This document shows, piece by piece, positions 42,150-52,287 of a stretch of 64,000 nt of DNA (within the stretch, counting starts at the first letter, position 1; every line of letters begins with the position of its first letter). Under the pieces are notes generated by a model, which was not told where the DNA came from, ran no database searches, and worked only from the letters and a program-made list of their open reading frames with translations. The stretch spans positions 192,001 to 256,000 of the forward strand of contig CAWCBP010000014.1 of the NCBI GenBank assembly GCA_963793865.1, in the 5' to 3' direction. Made by a program: the position numbers and the translations under genes. The stretch comes from an uncultured delta proteobacterium (lineage in GTDB: Bacteria > Desulfobacterota > WTBG01).

Positions 42150-43576
42150 GCTTTTTCACCAGCATTTCTTTGATTATCTTGGGATTGCCCTTGCCCCCGG
42201 AAGCTTGCATGGCCCGCCCGATGAGAAACCCCATGGCCTTCTCCATGCCGTTGCGGTAATCATTCACTGCCCCGGGGTTGGCCGCCAGCACCTCATCGAC
42301 TATCTTTTCCAGCTGGCTGGTGTCAGAGAACTGCCGGAAGCCGAATTGTTCCACGATCTCGGACGGCGTTTGGTCACTCTCGAAGAGATGGCGCATGACC
42401 TCTTTTGCGGCATTGGCGTTGACCTCATTTTTTTCAAGCATGGTCAGCAATCCGGCGAAGCGGAGAGGCGATAACCCGTGTGTCGGAAATGGTCTGGCTG
42501 CGCTCCCTGAGGGCGGGAAGAAGCTGGGTGGCCACCCAGTGGGACGCCGTCCGGGGAGGAACGCGGCTCTTTACCACTTCTTCAAAATATTCCGATAACA
42601 TCCCTCTCCGCGCTCATCAGGACGGCCTCTTCCCGGGTCAGGCCGTATTGCCTGCTGAAGCGCTCCGCCTTGCTGCCCGGCATTTCCGGAAGCCGCGCCC
42701 GCATCCCGTTTTTCCATTCTTCGGTGACGGCTATCTGCGGAACCGACGGATCTGGGAACGCAGGGCCCTTCGAATTTGCCGCGCATGGGCACGGTGATGC
42801 ACCTTGTCCGGATCCCAGAGGCGGGTGTGGAGCACGATGGCCTCACCCGACCTGATGCATACGCTCTGACGGCCGATCTCATAGGTGATGGCATCGCCCA
42901 GGTGCCGGATGGAATTCATGTTTTTGACTTCGACCTTGGTGTTGAGTACATCGCTTCCCTTCGGCCGCAGCGAGATATTGGCATCAACGCGCATGGTCCC
43001 CGCCTCCATGCTGCATTCGGAGGTGCCGATGTAGCGGATCTGGGTTCGCAGGGCGCGGATAAACTCCATGGCATCGTGAGGGCTGCGCATGTCGGGCTCG
43101 GTCACGATTTCGACCAGCGGCACGCCGGCACGGTTGAAATCAACCAGGCTGATGGGAGTCCGTCCCTTCGATTTCGTGGACGAGCTTGGCCACATCCTCT
43201 TCCATGTGGATCTTGTGAATACGGAGGCGCTTCATCTGTCCGTCAGCGCCGATGATATCAAGGTGGCCGTTTCGTGCCAGCGGCAGGTGGGCCTGGGAAA
43301 GCTGAAATCCCTTGGGAAGGTCCGGGTAGTAGTACACCTTCTGGTCGAAGGCGCTCAGCTCCTGGACGGTAGCAATTGAGTCCCAGAGCCGGTGAACGCT
43401 GCCTTTTCAAGGGCCTCTTCGCTGAACCGGGGGATGGCTCCGGGCAGCCAGAGGCAGATGGGGCAGGTGTTCCGGTTGGGCTCATCCCCGATGCGGTTGG
43501 GGCAATCACAGAACATCTTGGTGGCGCAGTTAAGCTCAGCATGAATTTCCAGACCGATGACCGCTTCGTATTCCAT
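42139..43576 (-). CDS. gatB: Asp/Glu-tRNA amidotransferase subunit B; many frameshifts
   Basis: [57 protein letters not shown]-terminal YqeY-like domain. Confidence 0.9.
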
Positions 43577-43580
43577 TGCA

Positions 43581-44814
43581 TCAAGCCCCTTCTTCTGTCG
43601 GCACAGCCGTGCCGGCACGAGAGAGCAGCCGCGCGTCACTGAATCGCGCCCCGACCAGCTGCAAACCGTAATCGGTGTCTCCCTCGAGAACAAAGCCGGG
43701 TATCTGAAGGGCGGGCAGCCCCAGCACATTGGCCGGGAGCGTCAGGTCACAGGCGTCATAAATATCGGCGATGCCGCGTTTCCGCTGCCCTGATGCAATC
43801 CCTGTCGCCGCGTGGGGAAGGCAAGCGCGTCAACTCGCAGCGAACAAACCGTTGCAGCCTTTGGACCAGGCGCGCCCTGATGCGGCATGCGTTCTCGAAG
43901 GCGGCATAATTTTCAAACTGGAAATAGGCGCCCTGGAAAAGATAGGTTTTGAGCGTAAGGCCGAAGCGACTCGGAGCGGGTTTTAAGGTACATCTCATTC
44001 CAGTTTTTGGCTGATGCGGTGCGGTGGCCATAGCGCACCCCGTCGTATTTCCCGCAGCTTGAAGATGCCTCCACCGAACCGGCGACGTGATGCACGGTGC
44101 GGAACAGGTCAAAATCAGGCAGGCTGACTTCCTTGAACCTCGCATCCGCACGCCGCGAGCTTTTTAATGCCGCACCAGAAGAATGCATCCGACTCGTGAT
44201 CAGTGAGGCTTTTGATGCATTCACCCACGATGCCGATTGACCTATCGGACTCATCGGCAGTAGCTTGCATGTCGACAAAGCGCGGCAGGGTACCTTCGCA
44301 GAGTGAGAAGTCGCGGTCGTCACTGCCGGCAATGATCCCCATCACCAGCGGCGATATCGCCGGGCTGATCGGGCCAGAATACCGAAACACTCCATGGAAG
44401 GCACGAGACCGATCAATCCGAAGCGGGAGACGATGCCGTCGGTCGGTTTGAATCCGTAGACGCCGGCGCGGGAGGCGGTGATGCGCGGCTCGCCCATCGT
44501 GTCCGTCATGAGCGCCACGTCAGCCAGGCTCTCGGGAAAACGCAATGCCTGTTGTATCGCCCGTTCAGGCCGAGACCAAATTCGCTCATGCGGGTACTTC
44601 CGACAATGACCGCGCCCGCTTGTTTCAGACGTTGGATCGACCGTAGCGTCTTCGATGGCGATATAATCCTTCAAGGCTACAGACCCGGCGTCAGTCGGCC
44701 AACCGCGAACGGACATGTTGGGCTGGACAATGAAGGATGTTCCTTCCAGGGTACCACCCTTAATCGACTGATGACGGTGAGGGATTGATATGAGTGAAAG
44801 ACATCTGTTTTCAT
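43581..44814 (-). CDS. gatA: Amidase, amidotransferase subunit A-like (divergent); many frameshifts
   Basis: Fragments DAGS.AL, GFKPT.GIVSRFGLIGL, EASSSCGKYDGVRYGHR; position between aspS-gatC and gatB. Confidence 0.75.
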
Positions 44815-44832
44815 GGATATGCCTCCTGATGC

Positions 44833-46954
44833 TTATTCCAAAATGCTGGCCACCTTGAAATACTTTCCTTTCAAGGCGGGGGCGTTTTTGAAGATTTCTT
44901 CTTTTCCCGAATGAGATGCTTTCTGTGCATCACCCGCTTTTCTCATGCGGTTTACCGTGCCGGCATGACGGAAAAGAGGGGCGCTTCGTCCCCGCCCTTT
45001 CATTGACCACCCCGGCAAGACGCTTCGCCTGCATCCAGCGCGGCGGCGATGGCGGTACGTTCATGTTCTCGAGCCGATGCGGGAAACCCAGGAGAGGGAA
45101 TCGATGAGGTCTTGTTTCTGTTCCATGCCCGGATAGTAGTCCGTTCCGCCGAGATTAAGAAGCCCAAGCTCCGCAAGTTGCTCGCGTGCAACCTCCGAGG
45201 GGGCCTGAGTCAGGGGGCAGAAGGCGCTGCGGTTCTTCGGAAAGGCGATAACCTCGCGGATGGATGAGGTTCCGAGAATCATCGAACACGACCCGGTCCA
45301 TACCCAGGGCGATACCGCCGTGGGGAGGGGCGCCGAAATCCAGGGCGCGCAGGAAGAATCCGAACTTTTCCTCGACCTCTCTTTCGGTTAATCCCAGGGC
45401 CTGAAAAATTTTCCATTGCACCTCACGGTCGTTTATCCGTATGCTGCCCCCGCCAAGCTCCTCTCCGTTGACGACGACGTCGTAGGCCCGTGAACGGAGT
45501 GAGAGAAGCCCCTCGCGGTCTGCCGGATCAAAGTCCATCCGGTCGGGCGACGGTAAAGGGATGGTGGCTGGAGGTGATGCCCTTCCTCGGTGGCCGTAAA
45601 AAGGGGGAAATCGGTAACCCAGAGGGGACTGAATGTGTTTTCAGGGATCAGACCGAGACGATCGGCAAGATGGAGGCGGAGCTGACCGAGGGCGGATGTT
45701 ACAACTTCATACGAGGCGTCGGCAATCATGATGATAACGTCGCCGTTTTCCGCCCCGAAACGCTCCATAATCGCCTTTTGCTCATCCGTGCTGAAAAACT
45801 GGACAATGTTCGATTCGAGCCCGCTCTCCAAAACCCGCATCCAGGTCATCCCTTTGGCGCCGAATCCGGGGACGATCTCCTTTGCGTATTCATTCTGGAG
45901 CACATTCTTGCTGAGCTTTTCCGACTGCCGCTTGATATTGATTCCCTTAATGCACCCCCGCGCTGGAGGATCTGCTTGAATATGCCGTAGTGGTATTCCA
46001 TGAAGATATCCGTGGCTTCCACGAACCGCAAGCCGAAGCGCGTGTCCGGCCGGTCGGAACCCATGGTATCCATGGCTTCCTGGTAGGTCATGCGGGGAAA
46101 GGGCGGGGGAGTGTGATGCCGCCCACGGTAAACATCCGCACGATAAGCTCCTCCATGAGATTCATAGATGAATTCCTCATCGATAAAAGACGCTTCCAGA
46201 TCGAGCTGTGTGAACTCGGGCTGGCGGTTGGGGCGAAGGTCCTCGTCGCGGAAACACCGGACTACCTGGAAGTACCGCTCATATCCACCCACCATGAGGA
46301 GCTGTTTAAAAAGCTGGGGGGACTGGGGCAGGGCATAAAAGCGTCCCTGGATGAACCCGGCTGGGGACAAGATAATCCCGCGCGCCTTCCGGCGTACTCT
46401 TTGTCAACATCGGTGTCTCGATCTCGATAAAGCCCCGTTCATCGAGGAAATCCCGCACACGTTTTGATAATCCGATGCCGCTTCATAAGATACTCCTGCA
46501 TGGTGGGGCGCCGCAGGTCCAGGTACCGGTACTGAAGCCGAATATCCTCAGCCACCGAGTCTGCTCCTTTGATACTGGTGCCGGCGACCATCGCCTTTTC
46601 TGAAATAGAAAAAGGCAGAATCTCTGATTTGCTCAGGATTGTAAGATCAGTCGCCATAACCTCAATGAGTCCTGTATCAAGGTTGGGATTTTCTGTGTCC
46701 TCGGAACGTTTGTGAACATGTCCTGTGAGGGCGATACAAAACTCGTTTCTCAGCGAAGCGGCGGCTTTGCAGACCGATTGCGAAGCAAACTCAGGACTGA
46801 AAACTGCTTGAATAATGCCGCTCCGATCCCGCAGGTGGATAAAAAGCACCTCACCGTGATCCCGGAGCGCATCCACCCAGCCGGCGAGCTATACCTCGCG
46901 CCCGACATCTGCAAGCGTGATGCTGCCGCAGTGCACCCGTTCCCGGTAGGTCAT
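44833..46954 (-). CDS. aspS: Aspartyl-tRNA synthetase with a C-terminal GatC-like extension; many frameshifts; start approximate
   Basis: [64 protein letters not shown]; tail ...[16 protein letters not shown]. Confidence 0.9.
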
Positions 46955-47095
46955 GCCATTAAACAGACCTTATTTAGAATCTGTCTATTTGGTTCCCATG
47001 TTGAGTTGGGTCAGTATAGAAAAGTTCCATTCCCGTGTCAAGATAAACGCCTGAACGCGTCCTGCCCTATGACTGAAGATTCCGTAAAAAAACAG

Positions 47096-47146
47096 TTGAC
47101 AGATATATTTTTATATTCTAGTATTCCGGAATCGAAATATCCGGAA
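47096..47146 (+). promoter_or_regulatory. Sigma70 promoter with an overlapping inverted-repeat operator
   Basis: TTGACA(47096)-17 nt-TAGTAT(47119), then TTCCGGA-N9-TCCGGAA. Confidence 0.75.
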
Positions 47147-47173
47147 CTGAACTAAAGAGAAAGAGAGGGTATC

Positions 47174-47890
47174 ATGGACAAGAAGGCGGTTGAGCGGGCA
47201 TTGAAAGAGGACCTGGGAGTCAAAAAGGAACTCATTGCGCTGAAGCCCTTAAAAGCGCTGCCGAAGGATATTGACGCATATGAAGGGGTGGCCGCGCCGG
47301 GACTGTGCGCCCAGATCGGCGAGGTGCTTAAGAGCGGGAGCATGTTTTACACCACCCGGGAGAACCACCAGTGCTATGAGGGCTTGATCGCGACCGGGGT
47401 GTGCGAGGTTTCACGCGAGGAATACCGCAAGGCGGTTGAGAGCTTCATTGATGACTTCCCCTACCACAAGGATGTCCCCACTGCCATGAGCTTTTATGAA
47501 ACCTGCATCAACGAGATAAAGCCGCCCAAGGTGGAAAACAGCTGCCTGGTGGTGGGTCCCTTGAGCAAAGTCGATGATCCCGACCTCGTCCTCATATTCT
47601 GCAATCCCAAACAGGCGGATATCCTCATACGCATCCAGGCCTACCTGGGAGACCTGGTTAAAGGATACGGGGGCAGCGGCGGTTGTCTGTTTACCATCCG
47701 TCACGCATTTCAGAGCCGGCAGCCGAGCTTTTCCACCAGCGATCTTTCTTGGAGGATGTTTGTGGGGCTCAATGAGAACGAGCTGACCGTGACCTATCCC
47801 TATGAGCAGCTCGCGCGGATAGCACCCCACATCAAGCAGACCGCGGATTATGTCAACAGCTTTTCCTCCATGTTTGACAACCTCGGGTAG
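47174..47890 (+). CDS. DUF169 family Cys-containing protein
   Basis: LCAQI, HQCYEG, VVGPL....DPDLVLIFCNP.Q, GGC, R...G....ELTVTYP pattern. Confidence 0.7.
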   Translation: MDKKAVERALKEDLGVKKELIALKPLKALPKDIDAYEGVAAPGLCAQIGEVLKSGSMFYTTRENHQCYEGLIATGVCEVSREEYRKAVESFIDDFPYHKDVPTAMSFYETCINEIKPPKVENSCLVVGPLSKVDDPDLVLIFCNPKQADILIRIQAYLGDLVKGYGGSGGCLFTIRHAFQSRQPSFSTSDLSWRMFVGLNENELTVTYPYEQLARIAPHIKQTADYVNSFSSMFDNLG

Positions 47891-47967
47891 GCGCGCAGTA
47901 ATGTGCGATGCATTCGCGGCGTAAGGCCGCTCCTACCGTCAATTAACCTGTCCGGCGGGGAAAACAT

Positions 47968-49221
47968 ATGCCCCTCAAGTGTTACGAGCACTGCTGCTCC
48001 TCATGCATAGCCCTGGCCAATCTGGGTAAGATAGAAGGAGTGATCCCCATACTCCATGGCCCCCAGGCCTGCGCCTTCGGCAACCAGATGGGTTCCATGT
48101 TCTGCAGGCCGTCGCGGCTGCTCACCGTCGGGACCATGCTTAAGAAGAGCGAGGTGATCTTCGGTGGGGAGGAGAACCTCAAACAGCAGATCATCAATGT
48201 CTACCGCCAGTATAAACCCAGGATTATCGTCATCATCAGCACCTGTGTCCCCCAGCTCATCGGGGAGGACGTGAAGGGCGTCATCACCGAGCTGCAGGAG
48301 CAGATTCCTGAATTGAAGGTGACGTACTGCGAGACAGGATTCAATCATCCCCGGTCCACCCCCATGGGGAATGATGTTTCCTGGAAGGCCATCGTTGACG
48401 TTCTCGAGACGCAGGAGATGGTGAAAAACTCGGTAGGGCTGCTGGGGCGCGCGGGACAGGACGCGGACAGCCTGGGAACGCTCACCGCGCCCCTCCGGGA
48501 AGCGGGCATTACCACCTACGCCTTTCCCGCCGGCCACCTTGACGAGATGGCCGGGATCGTTAAGGCTGAATATCTCTGTCCCATTCAGCTGGTTCCCTAT
48601 CTCACCTGCAGGCGCTTGAGCGAGCGGTTCGGTTCGGTGGTAAAGTTTTTTGAGATTCCGGCGGGCATTGAAGGCACATCCCGTTTCCTGCGGGGTGTGG
48701 CGGAGCTCACCGGCAATCAGCAGCTCCCGGGGATCATTGACCGCGAGGAGGCACGGGTGCTTCCCCGCTTGCAAAAGATCCAGGCGCGCTTCAGGGAAGA
48801 GCCGGTCAGGGCCCTGCTGGTTACCGGGCCGTCCAATGAGATGTCCATTGGAAAAATCCTTGCCGAGTTCGGGGCCGAGGTAATCATCGTTCCCGCCATG
48901 CGCAACGCCTTCGCCCGTCAGGAGCAAAATATCCTTCGTGACCGCTACGGGTCCCGCATCACCTTTCATGAAGCTGACTTTGACACGGTGGCACAGCTGA
49001 CCGATGTGTATAAACCGGATGTGGTCTTTGCCGATTTTCAGGGGCGGGTTGAGCTGGTGCACCGGCTTGTCCCCTGCCTCATCAATGAAAATTACTTGAA
49101 TGAGTACGGGTACGACTATGCCATCGACTTTGGCGAGCATTTTTTTGAAAACCTCAAGATGCCGGTTTTCAGGGAGTGGCAGGATTTGATGGATCGCTAC
49201 GGGGAGGGCAACTATGCCTGA
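47968..49221 (+). CDS. Nitrogenase component 1-type oxidoreductase, alpha-like (BchN/BchY-like)
   Basis: CCSSC..HGPQAC..VIFGGEENL..ISTCVPQLIGED. Confidence 0.85.
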   Translation: MPLKCYEHCCSSCIALANLGKIEGVIPILHGPQACAFGNQMGSMFCRPSRLLTVGTMLKKSEVIFGGEENLKQQIINVYRQYKPRIIVIISTCVPQLIGEDVKGVITELQEQIPELKVTYCETGFNHPRSTPMGNDVSWKAIVDVLETQEMVKNSVGLLGRAGQDADSLGTLTAPLREAGITTYAFPAGHLDEMAGIVKAEYLCPIQLVPYLTCRRLSERFGSVVKFFEIPAGIEGTSRFLRGVAELTGNQQLPGIIDREEARVLPRLQKIQARFREEPVRALLVTGPSNEMSIGKILAEFGAEVIIVPAMRNAFARQEQNILRDRYGSRITFHEADFDTVAQLTDVYKPDVVFADFQGRVELVHRLVPCLINENYLNEYGYDYAIDFGEHFFENLKMPVFREWQDLMDRYGEGNYA

Positions 49222-50962
49222 TGGTTCAGCGGGCGGTCAGCGGCGCGAGACGTTTTCAGCCGCCTCAAAGATGAAGGTGAAGGAGATTCATAAGCCCTCA
49301 TCTTTTGAGGGAGCGGTATGGGCCATGCAGGGCATAAGGGACATCCGCCTGATTTTTCACGCGCCGCCGGGATGCTACATGATGCAGCACATGTACTCCC
49401 TCTGTAATGAGTGGCATCCAGATTTTTACAGCACGCTTCTCTCGTACGGAAACGTGATGCAGGGGACAGAGGCGCAGCTGGAGAAGATCCTCGAAAAGGC
49501 GGCGGCGGAAAACCCCGCTGCGATTGTGGTGATCACCTCTCCGGTGGTGGAAATTACCGGTGATGATGTGGCGGGCGTTGCGAAAAAAGTGGGTTATGAC
49601 AGGACCGTGGTCATCCGCCCGGCCCTCGGAGGGTCGCTTGCGGAGGGAAAAGAGCAGGCCCTGCTTGTCCTCGCTGAGCTTATGGACCCGGCGGCGGAGA
49701 AGATGGAGAAAACGGTCAACCTTATCGGCCCGACCTACAACACCTTCAACTGGAGGGCTGATGTTTGTGAGCTGCGAAGAATGCTTTCGCATATCGGCGT
49801 GTCCGTCAATGCGGTGTTAAGCGCGGATTGTACGGTCGACCAGATTTGCAGGGCGCCGGGGGCGCAGCTCAACATCTGTGTCTATCCTTATGACTGCGGA
49901 GAGGCGCTTGCCCGGAGCATGCAGGAACGCTTTGGGCTGCCCTATGTTGCAGCTCGCGTTCCCATAGGATACCGGGAGTCGGCAGCCTGGCTGGAGGAGA
50001 TCGCCCGCTTTTTTCATATTGATGCGGGGGCCTATCTTGCCCGGGAGATGAAAAATGGTTTGGACCTGTTTACCTCGCTTCTGGTTTCCAACACCTTCTT
50101 TGAATCGAGCGTGGCGCTCTCCACCGACAACTGCGACAGCTACAGCGTGGGACTGAGCGGCTTCCTGCAGCGGGAGCTGGGCATGCACGTGTGCTTTGCC
50201 GCGGTATCCACTGAGAAGGCGGGGGAGACAGTTGCCGGGGCATGTGAGCGGGTTTTGCTCAATTCAAGTATCGATGAGAAAAAGAACCTGCTGCTCCAAA
50301 CCTCTCCCACCATTATTCTGGGCAATTATTATGATCTCAAACTGTCAACCGACCTGGGCTTTAAAAATTTTCTTTTCGCAGACATCCCCCTCATTGGCTA
50401 TATCTTCTCCGAGACCACCCCTTTCATGGGCTTTATGGGAGCGCAGCACCTTATCCAGGCAATCGGCAATGAGATCTATACCAAGATTTTTATCGAAACC
50501 AAGGGAGAGCTGGAAGGGGCCATCTCATCGGGCGAGGTGCACTGGGAACTGGATGCGGAACAGGCGTTGGGCAGGATGGCCCAGCTGCTTCCCCATTTTG
50601 TCCGCTCGATTGCCATCAAAAAGCTGCACCAGGTAGCTGATGGGATCGCCGTTGAGCGGGGGACAAGCGTGACCCTTGCCATTTTGCGGGAGGTGGCTGA
50701 ACGATATACGCCCACCCGGTTCAAGGCAAAGTTCTCAACTCTTTTTACGGATATGGAAGGCACAACCCGTCAGCCGGCCGGGGTGGATGATCCGGAGTTT
50801 ACCATGGAATGGGACGCGCCGGCACAAGAGATGCTGGAGATGGTACCCGCTGAATTCAGGCAGCAGGCGGTTGCGGGTACAGAGGCGTATGCGCGGGAAC
50901 ATGGCTACGGTGCCGTTTCAGTCCGGGTGGTGGAGGAGTATCGGAAGGAACTGGGCTTTTAG
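49214..50962 (+). CDS. Nitrogenase component 1-type oxidoreductase, beta-like (BchB/BchZ-like) with two C-terminal PCP_red domains
   Basis: HAPPGC, EITGDD, VNLIGP, PFMGFMGA; WELDAEQAL..LPHFVR and WDAPAQEML..VPAEFR...EAYARE. Confidence 0.85.
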   Translation: MPDGSAGGQRRETFSAASKMKVKEIHKPSSFEGAVWAMQGIRDIRLIFHAPPGCYMMQHMYSLCNEWHPDFYSTLLSYGNVMQGTEAQLEKILEKAAAENPAAIVVITSPVVEITGDDVAGVAKKVGYDRTVVIRPALGGSLAEGKEQALLVLAELMDPAAEKMEKTVNLIGPTYNTFNWRADVCELRRMLSHIGVSVNAVLSADCTVDQICRAPGAQLNICVYPYDCGEALARSMQERFGLPYVAARVPIGYRESAAWLEEIARFFHIDAGAYLAREMKNGLDLFTSLLVSNTFFESSVALSTDNCDSYSVGLSGFLQRELGMHVCFAAVSTEKAGETVAGACERVLLNSSIDEKKNLLLQTSPTIILGNYYDLKLSTDLGFKNFLFADIPLIGYIFSETTPFMGFMGAQHLIQAIGNEIYTKIFIETKGELEGAISSGEVHWELDAEQALGRMAQLLPHFVRSIAIKKLHQVADGIAVERGTSVTLAILREVAERYTPTRFKAKFSTLFTDMEGTTRQPAGVDDPEFTMEWDAPAQEMLEMVPAEFRQQAVAGTEAYAREHGYGAVSVRVVEEYRKELGF

Positions 50963-51085
50963 ATTCGTGCGCGTAGAACCGGTAGGAGCGGCTTTCAGCC
51001 GCGAATGCATCGCGCATGAATGCGCTCCTACAGAAATTTTACATATCTTTGGCAAACGTTTCAGCGAACCCAGGGAGAGGGGCCA

Positions 51086-51556
51086 ATGACCAGGGCAGGC
51101 AAAGGCGGGAGGGCAACCGGCGAGATTAATGACCGGATGCTGGTGGTGAAGGACTTTATCGATGAGCTTTACAACAAGACCGTTTTTCGGAACGGGAGAG
51201 CCGCCAATTATGATTTAACCCCTGCTCAAATAAAGGCATTCTTTGCTTTCAAAGAGGATGACCGCGCGTATCCCATCGGCGAACTGGGCAGGAATGCCCG
51301 GGTCAAGAGCTCTACCATCACCGACATGATTGACCGGCTGGAAAAAGAGGGCATTGCCGAACGACTGAAAGACCACGGGGACCGGCGGGTGGTAAAAGTG
51401 CGGCTCACCACCAAGGGCAGGGAAATCAAGAATCAGTTTGTCGTAAGGATGCGATCCGGCATGGAGCAGACATTCTCAAAATTGAGCGAAGGGGAGAAAA
51501 AGGCCCTGCTTGATCACCTCAAGGGGGCATACGAGATATTGAAGAGAATAAAGTAG
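51086..51556 (+). CDS. MarR family transcriptional regulator
   Basis: LTPAQ...IGEL.....VKSSTITDMIDRLEKEG.AER....DRRVVKVRLTTKG. Confidence 0.92.
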   Translation: MTRAGKGGRATGEINDRMLVVKDFIDELYNKTVFRNGRAANYDLTPAQIKAFFAFKEDDRAYPIGELGRNARVKSSTITDMIDRLEKEGIAERLKDHGDRRVVKVRLTTKGREIKNQFVVRMRSGMEQTFSKLSEGEKKALLDHLKGAYEILKRIK

Positions 51557-51596
51557 GACCGGCAAAAATCCATAATCATCGAGGATAGCATACGCC

Positions 51597-52277
51597 ATGC
51601 ATGACGTTCACCGTGATTCTCTCATCACAGAGAAAAAGAAACGGCAGGTAAAAAAATCCGGATCTGCTCATGCGCATGAAGGGCACGATCATTCCCACGA
51701 CCGTGATCACCCTCACGATCATGAAAAGCATCATGGCGACGATGATCATGGGCACGACCACGGGGCTCCTCACGGGCACGACCATGACCACGCCGAAGAT
51801 GCCTATGAAGAACATGATCAGGACTTCCATGGCCATGAACATGCTCACGGGCAGGGAGAGGATGAGGACCGGGCATTCGCGCACATCCACGAACACGGTC
51901 ATGATTTCTTTCACGCGCACCATCACACCCACCATCCGGAGCATGCGGGCGCGGTGCATAAGATTTTCGGTGATCCGCTGAGGGACTGGTTTGCCGCCTT
52001 GTTAATGCTGCTCCTGATGGGGGCGGGGTATTTCAAGTTGCTTCCCGGATACCTGCCGGAGGGGATGCTGCTCTGCGCCGCAGTTATCGGTGTTTTCCCG
52101 CTGCTTAAAAATGCGCTCTTTGATGCGCTCTATAAAAGGAGGTTCCGTTTTGAATTGCCGGTCGGAATCCTCCTGCTTGCCGGGCTCTTCATGGGGAAGT
52201 TTCTGGAGGTGGCCCTCATTGCCCTGCTGCTGCTGGTGGGAAGTTTTATGAGGCTCAATTTTTCATGGAAGGACTGA
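51597..52277 (+). CDS. His-rich membrane protein
   Basis: About 100-aa His/Asp/Glu-rich tract followed by hydrophobic helices resembling P1B-ATPase N-terminal TM segments. Confidence 0.75.
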   Translation: MHDVHRDSLITEKKKRQVKKSGSAHAHEGHDHSHDRDHPHDHEKHHGDDDHGHDHGAPHGHDHDHAEDAYEEHDQDFHGHEHAHGQGEDEDRAFAHIHEHGHDFFHAHHHTHHPEHAGAVHKIFGDPLRDWFAALLMLLLMGAGYFKLLPGYLPEGMLLCAAVIGVFPLLKNALFDALYKRRFRFELPVGILLLAGLFMGKFLEVALIALLLLVGSFMRLNFSWKD

Positions 52278-52287
52278 ATAACCATGC

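Noticed and set aside
47968..50962. Bona fide nitrogenase (nifDK) or photosynthetic bch operon
   Set aside because: No nifH/B/E/N context, no recognisable FeMo-co ligand motifs, PCP_red tails present, and no other photosynthesis genes in the window
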